Shown here: in pieces, positions 33,134 to 40,593 of the stretch
Layout of the letters: every line of letters begins with the position of its first letter
How positions within the stretch are numbered: position 1 is the first letter of the stretch
From: Chloroflexota bacterium
Lineage (GTDB): Bacteria > Chloroflexota > Limnocylindria > Limnocylindrales > CSP1-4
Length of the DNA: 41,680 nucleotides
Direction of reading: 5' to 3'
NCBI GenBank assembly: GCA_040007155.1
Contig: JBDTVN010000001.1
Span: 1-41,680, forward strand
Program-made: the position numbers and the translations under genes
The notes under the pieces: generated by a model
The model's input: only the letters and a program-made list of their open reading frames with translations
The model's database searches: none
What the model was told of the DNA's origin: nothing

Positions 33134-34056
33134 GTCGCGGGATCGCTCCACCACAGGCTGCGCAGATCGCGCCCGAGCAGCACGCTCAACTGGTCAACAT
33201 CAGGCCCCAGGTCCGCGCGCAACTGCCGCACGACCGCTGCTGGGATGGGTTGTCGCGGCACGTCGCGCCGGTTGATGCGGCCCAGCAGGTGATACACGTG
33301 GCGCGCGAGCCGGTCGCTCGGACTATTACGGACCCATGGTCGGCGGAAGCGCGCGCTCAAACGAGCGATAAGCAGACTGCGCGGCCATTCGCGTTCGTTG
33401 TAGGGCATCAAGTTTGCCGGCCGATACGCGGGATCGACTCCCAGGAACAGTAGTACACGCTCGAACTGACCCGCACCGTCCGCGGCCATGTCTTCAAGCA
33501 GCACGATGTGGACGCGGTCGCGCCCGAAGGCGTCGAACCAGGGCGGCAGCATCGACGAGAAGCGAGCACGATCGCGGTAGCGTATCGACGACTGGTCACC
33601 CACCACGCCGAAGCCGCGGCGGCGCTGCTCGTCGTCCAGCGCCGCGGACAGCGACGCGCTGTGCTCCAGGCCCTGGCTGACACGCATCGAGTGGAGCGAT
33701 GCGATCATCGCCACTGGGTCGCGCAGCATGGCGATGATCCGCGCGTCCGGATTGAAGTCGTGGATGCGCGATGCGGCCAGCGGCGACTCGAGGTAGCTGG
33801 TCGATGCCTCGCCGACGCGCTGTGCGTCACCCGCGCGCGCGAATAGATCGAGATAGTGCGCCATGTCGTCTGGGTAGCTCATCCCGAAGTTCGCCAACCG
33901 ATCATTTTCGAAGAACATCGGCTCTTTGGGGCGGATGGGCATGAAGATCTCGGGGTGGCCGACCAGGTAGCGGTGGAGCGACGTGGTTCCGCATTTCGGC
34001 GCGCCGACGATGAAGAAGTCGGGCTTGCGCTGCACGAGCGGCATCAGATCAGCCAC
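33130..34056 (-). CDS. PAPS-dependent sulfotransferase (heparan-sulfate-type / Sulfotransfer_1/3-like)
   Basis: The 5'-PSB loop is FFIVGAPKCGTTSLHRYL. The 3'-PB is IIAMLRDPVAMIASLHS. Confidence 0.8.
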   Translation of the reverse strand: MADLMPLVQRKPDFFIVGAPKCGTTSLHRYLVGHPEIFMPIRPKEPMFFENDRLANFGMSYPDDMAHYLDLFARAGDAQRVGEASTSYLESPLAASRIHDFNPDARIIAMLRDPVAMIASLHSMRVSQGLEHSASLSAALDDEQRRRGFGVVGDQSSIRYRDRARFSSMLPPWFDAFGRDRVHIVLLEDMAADGAGQFERVLLFLGVDPAYRPANLMPYNEREWPRSLLIARLSARFRRPWVRNSPSDRLARHVYHLLGRINRRDVPRQPIPAAVVRQLRADLGPDVDQLSVLLGRDLRSLWWSDPAT

Positions 34057-34084
34057 TCGCGCGGCTGACTAGACTTGCGCTCCT

Positions 34085-34867
34085 GTGATTGATCGTGGCG
34101 GCGGCGTCCTCAGCGCGCTGCGCCGGCGCTACCGCCAGGCGCAGATCGGGGCCAGGTTGCGCCGCGATTCGGAACGCGGCTTGCGCGACGGAGTCCGCGT
34201 CGTCCACATGCTTCACGTCCGCAAGACCGGCGGGACCGCGGTCAAGGCGGCACTTGAGGGCGCCGATGTCCCTGTTGGCATGCGGCTGCTGTTGCATGGC
34301 CATGGCATCTCGTTGCGTGACGTGCCCGCAAACGACGACATCTTCCTCTTCCTGCGCGACCCGGTCGCGCGCTTCCTTTCAGGTTTCGACATGCGTCGCC
34401 GCGAAGGGCGACCGCGTCATTATCGACCGTGGACAACGGCCGAAAGGCGCGTGTTCGAGCGGTACGGCTCCGCACAGGACCTGGCGCTGGCGCTTGGCTC
34501 AAGCACGCGGTCGGCGCGGACTGAGGCGGAACGGGCCATGCGCAACGTCGCTCATCTGCGCTCCCACCTGGGCGACTGGCTGGGCGACGAACGTCAGGTG
34601 CATGAGCGGCAAGACAGCCTGATATTCATCGGCTGGCAGGAGCAGCTCGACTCGGACTTCGCTGCCCTGGTCGCGCTGCTCGGCATCCCGCCGGAGACAC
34701 ATCTGCCATCGGATGCGTATGCCGCCAACCGTGCCGATGACGACGCCACGCAGAAACCCTTGTCGGCGGACGCGATCGAGATCATCAGATCCTGGTATGC
34801 GGAAGATTACCGACTGATCGACTTGCTCGTGGGCCTGGGATTGACCCACCCACCCAGCGCGGAGTAG
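34085..34867 (+). CDS. sulfotransferase family protein (carbohydrate sulfotransferase / Sulfotransfer_2-like)
   Basis: HMLHVRKTGGTAV resembles the HIPKTGGTS 5'-PSB loop. FLFLRDPVARFLSGF resembles the RDPxxRxxS 3'-PB motif. GTG start; the exact start is uncertain. Confidence 0.6.
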   Translation: MIDRGGGVLSALRRRYRQAQIGARLRRDSERGLRDGVRVVHMLHVRKTGGTAVKAALEGADVPVGMRLLLHGHGISLRDVPANDDIFLFLRDPVARFLSGFDMRRREGRPRHYRPWTTAERRVFERYGSAQDLALALGSSTRSARTEAERAMRNVAHLRSHLGDWLGDERQVHERQDSLIFIGWQEQLDSDFAALVALLGIPPETHLPSDAYAANRADDDATQKPLSADAIEIIRSWYAEDYRLIDLLVGLGLTHPPSAE

Positions 34868-34930
34868 TGATCCGTCAAGCTCCGCACCGACGGTTAGTCG
34901 GGGGCCCGCCCCGATGTCGGGAAGCAGTCC

Positions 34931-36820
34931 CTACTTGTGCATCACCAGCAGGACGTCGTCGTCCTGGTTGGGATTGTCGATCGACGCTGCGTGGATGTCG
35001 ACGCGCGTCGAGGTGGTCTTGGGGTAGGGCTTCTTGACAGTGACTTGGAGCGTCAGGCTCATCGTCGTCGTCCCGGGCAGTGAGTTGATCTGAATCCCGC
35101 CTGAATTCATTTGGGTGGTGACGTCCACCTTGTCGAGCAGCCAGTGGATCACGACGCGGCTGCCGCCGACGACGTTGGCTGTGACCATGAACGAATCCGA
35201 CGACAGCTTGTTGTTCTTCACATTTACGAGTAGTAGATAGGTGATCCGAGGCACGATCGTGAGGTTCAGCGTCTGTTCAGGCGTCGCCGCCGAGTCGAAG
35301 AGGTTGTAGCCGGCGTAGAACCGGTACAGCTTCTGTTTCTTACCCCACAGCGATAGGTCGGGGCGGTTCACGCGGCCCTCGTTGAGCAGTCCGGTCAACC
35401 GCTGCGCCAGTGCCGTCTGAATTGCACTGTGGCCCGGATCCGAGGCGAGGTTGTTCAACTCCCACGGATCGTCAGCTTCGTCGTACAACTCGCGCTCGCC
35501 AGTGGCGTATTCAGTGAAACGCCATAGACCCAGCGGGCTCTGCGACGTCGTCCGAATCGACCACCACGCAGGTACCTTCAGCTCAGGATCGGGCTGGGGC
35601 GATTGCTCGAGGATCGCGTCGCGGCCCAGCGACGTCCCCTGGCCAACGAGCGAGACAAGGCTCAGCCCATCGGGTCCGCTCTGGCCGCTCGAGTACGGCC
35701 CAAGAGTGCAGCCGCCCAGCTCGCAGAAGGTGGGCGCCAGATCGATGTTGGATGTGTACTCGTTGATGTCGCGCGGCGTCGTGCCCCAGCCGGCCGGCCA
35801 AACCATGTACAGCGGCAGTGCCGTCGAGTCGGGCGTGTGCTTCTGCTGGCCGCGGCGGTGAGCGCCCCACGACATGCCGTTGTCGGCGGTGAAAACCAGC
35901 AGCGTGTTGTCCAGGCGGCCCTCGGCGGAGAGCTCGTCGGTCACGCGTTTGACAACCGTGTCGACCCCGAACATCTCGCGGCAATAGCCGCCCATCGGCC
36001 AACCACTGGCGTTTGGCAGGAGCGGCAGGTTGCGGAGGTAGGCGGGTTTGTCGGAGACATCGGCCTCGTTGTAGTTCGGTGTCAAGTACGGCGCGACGTT
36101 GTCGCACATCGCCGACTGCTCCGGGGTTATCGGCATTGGCACGTTGGGGGCGTGCATGTTGTACATCGACAACACCGCGAAGATCGGCTTGTTGGCTGGA
36201 GCCGCCGCGAATCGGCTCACGGCGCGATCCATCACCATCGCGGTGGAGTGGTAGGTGGTTTCCACGATGTCGCCCTGATCCTTGGTGCGCAGCGTGTAGT
36301 TGTAGAAATCGCCGCCATTGAGCCCGTAGATGCCGTCGAATACATCCCACGGGTCCATGTGCGCCGCCCAACCTGCAGGTGACAGGTACGAGTTGCGGTT
36401 CATGTACTTGCCGATCCACATCGTGCTGTAGCCGGCGCCTTGGAGCTCCTTCGGCACGCTTTCCTGGGGCGAGTAGAGCCGCGCGTCGTTGTTGTCCAGG
36501 CCATTGTTGTGCGTGTGCAGGCCGCTCAACACCGTGCCCCGCGCGGGACAGCACAGCGGGTCTTCGCCAAACGCGTGCGTGAAATGGATGCCGTGGGCGA
36601 TGAACGTGTCGTAGATGGCGGGCGTGCGCTGCGGGTCATTCCAGAGGCGGCCGTCGTGCGGCGAAACGTCGTCGAGGTAGAAGATCACGATGTTCGGCTT
36701 GGCGGCGGCCGCAAGTGCTGTGGGTTGGGCTGCCGACCACCACGAAACTAGCAAGAATGCGGCCGCGACTATGGTGACGCGGCGCACCAGTCCCCCCTTT
36801 GACTGCCTTCGTGAAGGCAT
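34931..36820 (-). CDS. Cys-type (formylglycine-dependent) sulfatase with signal/anchor peptide and a C-terminal beta-rich extension
   Basis: ORF 34931-36940, trimmed to ATG 36820, which is preceded by GGGAGGGACACA. It contains KPNIVIFYLDDVSPHDG and the CxPxR signature in LCCPARGTVLSGLH. An N-terminal hydrophobic segment reads RRVTIVAAAFLLVSWW. The last ~150 aa (Asn/Lys/Thr/Val-rich) lie outside the sulfatase fold. Confidence 0.88.
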   Translation of the reverse strand: MPSRRQSKGGLVRRVTIVAAAFLLVSWWSAAQPTALAAAAKPNIVIFYLDDVSPHDGRLWNDPQRTPAIYDTFIAHGIHFTHAFGEDPLCCPARGTVLSGLHTHNNGLDNNDARLYSPQESVPKELQGAGYSTMWIGKYMNRNSYLSPAGWAAHMDPWDVFDGIYGLNGGDFYNYTLRTKDQGDIVETTYHSTAMVMDRAVSRFAAAPANKPIFAVLSMYNMHAPNVPMPITPEQSAMCDNVAPYLTPNYNEADVSDKPAYLRNLPLLPNASGWPMGGYCREMFGVDTVVKRVTDELSAEGRLDNTLLVFTADNGMSWGAHRRGQQKHTPDSTALPLYMVWPAGWGTTPRDINEYTSNIDLAPTFCELGGCTLGPYSSGQSGPDGLSLVSLVGQGTSLGRDAILEQSPQPDPELKVPAWWSIRTTSQSPLGLWRFTEYATGERELYDEADDPWELNNLASDPGHSAIQTALAQRLTGLLNEGRVNRPDLSLWGKKQKLYRFYAGYNLFDSAATPEQTLNLTIVPRITYLLLVNVKNNKLSSDSFMVTANVVGGSRVVIHWLLDKVDVTTQMNSGGIQINSLPGTTTMSLTLQVTVKKPYPKTTSTRVDIHAASIDNPNQDDDVLLVMHK

Positions 36821-36920
36821 TGTGTCCCTCCCGCGGGCGGTAGGCACATGTGACGAAGCCGCGCCGCTCGCACCAGCAATCTTCCTTGACTCGTCAACCC
36901 ACTTGCTAATCTGCGTCGCA

Positions 36921-38159
36921 ATGGTCTCCATCGAGGGCAATCTCGACGCTGCTTCCGCGACCCCGCCACAGACCGTCGACGTGTGCGTCGTCGGCGGTGG
37001 CGGGCACGTCGGCCTGCCGCTGTCGCTCGCTCTGGCCGAGGCCGGAATGCGCGTCGCGGTCTACGACATCAATGAACAGACCGTCGAACGCATCGCACGC
37101 GGCGAGATGCCATTCCGCGAGACCGGCGCCGATGAGCTGCTTGCCAAGATCCTGCCTACAGAGCGGCTGACACTGACGAGCGACCCGTCGGTGATGAGCG
37201 GCGCGCCGGTCGTCATCGTCGTCATCGGCACCCCCATCGATGAGTTCCTCAACCCCTCGATGACCTTGTTTGATCGGGTCATCGATCAGATGGCGCCGCA
37301 CATCAGTGATGGCGCGCTGGTGGTCATGCGCTCGACGGTTTACCCGGGCACGACCGAAAGAGTGGCGCGAATGTTCGCCGAGCGCGGCCGGAAAGTTGAT
37401 GTGGCGTGCTGTCCCGAGCGTATCGCCGAGGGTCACGCGCTCGAGGAACTCAAGGATCTGCCCCAGATCGTGGGCGCGGACACGGACGCGGCGGGCCAGC
37501 GTGCCGCCGAGCTGTTTGCGCGCCTGGGCGCGGAAACCGTGCGGACGACGACGCGCGAGGCCGAGTTGGCCAAGCTCTTCACTAACGCGTGGCGCTATAT
37601 GAAGTTCGCGATCGCGAACCAATTCCTGATGATCGCCCACCAGTCAGGCGCCGATTACAACCAGATCCTCCATGCCATCCGGCATGACTATCCGCGCGCC
37701 ACCGATTTGCCGGGCCCTGGCTTCGCGGCCGGCCCGTGCCTGCTCAAGGACACGATGCAACTGGCCTCGTTCACTGCGGATCACTTCCCCATGGGCCAGT
37801 CGGCGATGCAGATCAACGAGGGCCTGCCGGCGTACATCGTCGACGCCATGAGCCATCGCTACGGCGGTCTCGCCGGCAAGAAGGTGGGCGTCCTGGGCAT
37901 GGCCTTCAAGGCCGAGTCGGACGACGTCCGTGCCTCACTCAGCTACAAGCTGCGCAAGCTCCTGCTGTGGGCCGGGGCAGAGGTGCTGTGCACCGATCCG
38001 TATGTCGAAGATGACCGGTTGGTCGGGCTTGATGAGGTCCTCGCCAAGAGCGACATCCTCGTCATCGGCGCCCCGCACCGGGCCTACAAAGCGCTCGACC
38101 TGGGTGCCCGCGAGGTGGTCGACATCTGGGGAGCGATGCCCGCGGGCATCAGCATCTAG
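36921..38159 (+). CDS. nucleotide-sugar dehydrogenase (UDP-glucose/GDP-mannose dehydrogenase family)
   Basis: ORF 36690-38159, trimmed to ATG 36921. It contains VCVVGGGGHVGLPLSLALAEAG, the catalytic-Cys block FAAGPCLLKD and GMAFKAESDDVR. Confidence 0.88.
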   Translation: MVSIEGNLDAASATPPQTVDVCVVGGGGHVGLPLSLALAEAGMRVAVYDINEQTVERIARGEMPFRETGADELLAKILPTERLTLTSDPSVMSGAPVVIVVIGTPIDEFLNPSMTLFDRVIDQMAPHISDGALVVMRSTVYPGTTERVARMFAERGRKVDVACCPERIAEGHALEELKDLPQIVGADTDAAGQRAAELFARLGAETVRTTTREAELAKLFTNAWRYMKFAIANQFLMIAHQSGADYNQILHAIRHDYPRATDLPGPGFAAGPCLLKDTMQLASFTADHFPMGQSAMQINEGLPAYIVDAMSHRYGGLAGKKVGVLGMAFKAESDDVRASLSYKLRKLLLWAGAEVLCTDPYVEDDRLVGLDEVLAKSDILVIGAPHRAYKALDLGAREVVDIWGAMPAGISI

Positions 38160-38171
38160 CGGGCGGCGGGT

Positions 38172-39191
38172 GTGAAGGTCCTCGTCACTGGCGCCGCCGG
38201 TTTCATCTGCGGCTATCTCATCGAGGAGCTGCTCGCGGCGGGCCATGCCGTCGTCGGCGTCGACAACTTTTCGAAATATGGCCGTGTCGTCCGCGCCTAC
38301 GACGCGAACCCGCACTATCGCTTTGTCGAAGGCGATGCGAAGGACGCGACGCTGCTCACCGCGCTGGCCGCGGACTGCGATCAGATCGTCGCTGCCGCAG
38401 CGATGATCGGTGGGATCAGCTATTTCCACGAGTTTGCGTACGACCTGATCGCCGAAAACGAGCGCATCATGGCCGCGACCTTCGATGCCGCGATCGCCGC
38501 GCATCGCGCTGGGACATTGCAGCGAATCGTGGTCCTGTCGAGTTCGATGGTCTACGAATCGACCGACATCTACCCCACGCCTGAGGGCGCCCAGCTCACC
38601 TCGCCACCGCCCAAGTCAACCTATGGCTTCCAGAAGCTGGCGAGCGAGTACTTCGCGCTGGGCGCGCACGAGCAATACAACTTGCCGTACACGATCCTGC
38701 GGCCGTTCAACTGCGTCGGCATCGGCGAGCGCCGCGCGCTGCGCGACACGGACGTGATGAGCGGCAACGTCAAGCTCGCGCTGTCGCACGTCGTGCCTGA
38801 TCTGGTGGTCAAGGTGCTGCGTGACCAGGATCCGCTGCACATCCTTGGCTCGGGCGACCAGGTGCGCCACTACACGTACGGGGCTGACCTCGCTCACGGC
38901 ATTCGCCTGGCGATGGAGTCTGACAAGGCGATCAACGAGGACTTCAACCTCTCAACCGCGCAGAGCACCACCGTGCGCGAACTGGCCGAACTGATCTGGC
39001 ACAAGATCAAGGGCGCTCAGCCACTGACCCTGGTCAACGACGAGCCGTTCGAGCACGATGTTCAGAAACGCGTGCCCGACGTACGCAAGGCGAGGGCCGT
39101 GCTTGGCTTCGAGGCCACGACGTCGCTGTCGCAGATGCTCGACGAGGTGATCCCATGGATCCGCGCCGAGCTCGATGAAGGGCGAATCTAG
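38172..39191 (+). CDS. NAD-dependent nucleotide-sugar epimerase/dehydratase
   Basis: MKVLVTGAAGFICGYL, with the YxxxK motif in STYGFQKLASE. GTG start. Confidence 0.88.
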   Translation: MKVLVTGAAGFICGYLIEELLAAGHAVVGVDNFSKYGRVVRAYDANPHYRFVEGDAKDATLLTALAADCDQIVAAAAMIGGISYFHEFAYDLIAENERIMAATFDAAIAAHRAGTLQRIVVLSSSMVYESTDIYPTPEGAQLTSPPPKSTYGFQKLASEYFALGAHEQYNLPYTILRPFNCVGIGERRALRDTDVMSGNVKLALSHVVPDLVVKVLRDQDPLHILGSGDQVRHYTYGADLAHGIRLAMESDKAINEDFNLSTAQSTTVRELAELIWHKIKGAQPLTLVNDEPFEHDVQKRVPDVRKARAVLGFEATTSLSQMLDEVIPWIRAELDEGRI

Positions 39192-39235
39192 AAATCGACC
39201 ACGACGCGCTCTATCGCCACCGCTTCGGCCCGGAG

Positions 39236-39847
39236 GTGTCAGCGGGCCGTTCCGCCATGTGGCGTGAGATCGGACGGCACCTACAGCGCTACATCCCGCG
39301 CGATGCAGCTGTGCTCGACGTTGCGGCCGGGAGCGGCCAATTCATATCAAACATCACCGCTCGCGAGCGCTGGGCAAGCGACATGCGCGACACGTCCGCT
39401 GAGATGCCGCCAGATGTCAGGTTCGTGTGCGCGGACGGGTTGGCGCTGCGCGACCACGCGCCCATGGCCCATTTCGACCGCGTCTTCATGAGCAACTACC
39501 TCGAGCACCTGCGCTCGCCCGAGGCAGTCGTGGAGCAACTGGCGGTCGTACGCGACCTGCTCAAAGTCGGTGGCCAGATCATCGTTCTGCAGCCCAACAT
39601 CCGCCTCACCGGAGGCCACTACTGGGACTTCATCGATCACCACACCCCGCTGACGGAGCGAAGTCTCCAGGAAGCTGCGCTCACCGCCGGCCTCGAGCCG
39701 GTCAAGACGATCACGCGCTTCCTGCCCTATACGACAAAGAGCCGCATGCCCCAGACCGCGTGGCTGGTGCGCCTCTATCTCGCATTCCCCCCGGCATGGT
39801 GGCTCATGGGCAAACAAACCCTCTTCATCGCTCGGCGGACGACATGA
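39236..39847 (+). CDS. class I SAM-dependent methyltransferase
   Basis: Motif I reads VLDVAAGSGQFI. Also present are the acidic loop WASDMRD and LKVGGQIIVLQPN. The first canonical start is GTG 39236, but conserved-looking sequence continues upstream in the same frame. Confidence 0.75.
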   Translation: MSAGRSAMWREIGRHLQRYIPRDAAVLDVAAGSGQFISNITARERWASDMRDTSAEMPPDVRFVCADGLALRDHAPMAHFDRVFMSNYLEHLRSPEAVVEQLAVVRDLLKVGGQIIVLQPNIRLTGGHYWDFIDHHTPLTERSLQEAALTAGLEPVKTITRFLPYTTKSRMPQTAWLVRLYLAFPPAWWLMGKQTLFIARRTT

Positions 39848-40593
39848 GCGAGACACCCGAGCTGACGATCGTTGTGCCGGTCCACAACGAGCCGGACAAC
39901 ATCGGCCCGACGCTGCGCCGTCTGGCCGCGGCCGTGCACCAGACGAACGAGACGCTCGTGGTCTACGACTTCGATGCCGACACGACCGTGCCGGTCGTCC
40001 GATCCATGCAGGCGCAGCTGCCCACCGTTCGACTGCTGCGCAACGACCTTGGCCGCGGCGTCCTCAACGCTATGAAAATGGGCATCGCGGCCGCAACCGG
40101 CGAGTTCGTGTTGATCACCATGGCCGACGGCTCGGACGAGGTCGAGCTCGTCGATCGGATGGTGCAAATGGGCCAGGGCGGGGCCGACGTGGTCGCCGCG
40201 AGTCGGTACATGAAAGGTGGTCACCAGGAAGGCGGGCCGCTGCTCAAGCGAACGCTGAGCCGGCTGGCCGGACTTTCGCTCCACTGGGTCGGGCGTCTGC
40301 CGATTCATGACGCGACGAACAACTTCAAGCTCTACCGACGCTCGTTCCTGAACTCAGTCACGATCGAATCGAAGGGTGGCTTCGAGCTGGCCATCGAGCT
40401 GAGCGTCAAGGCCGATCTCGACGGCCGCCGCCTGGCCGAGGTGCCGACCACGTGGCGCGACCGGACCTATGGTCAGAGTCGCTTCAAGCTGCGCGCGTGG
40501 CTGCCGCTCTATCTGCGCTGGTACCTCGCTCTTTTCCGGGGCCGGATTCGAAGGCCGCGCAGGCCACGCGGCCCTGATAAGAGCGCGACATGA
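39844..40593 (+). CDS. family 2 glycosyltransferase, polyprenyl-phosphate sugar synthase (Dpm1/GtrB/ArnC)-like
   Basis: ORF 39427-40593, trimmed to ATG 39844 (ATGA overlap). It contains LTIVVPVHNEPDNIGPTL, VVYDFDAD, ITMADGSDE and ASRYMKGG. Confidence 0.85.
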   Translation: MSETPELTIVVPVHNEPDNIGPTLRRLAAAVHQTNETLVVYDFDADTTVPVVRSMQAQLPTVRLLRNDLGRGVLNAMKMGIAAATGEFVLITMADGSDEVELVDRMVQMGQGGADVVAASRYMKGGHQEGGPLLKRTLSRLAGLSLHWVGRLPIHDATNNFKLYRRSFLNSVTIESKGGFELAIELSVKADLDGRRLAEVPTTWRDRTYGQSRFKLRAWLPLYLRWYLALFRGRIRRPRRPRGPDKSAT

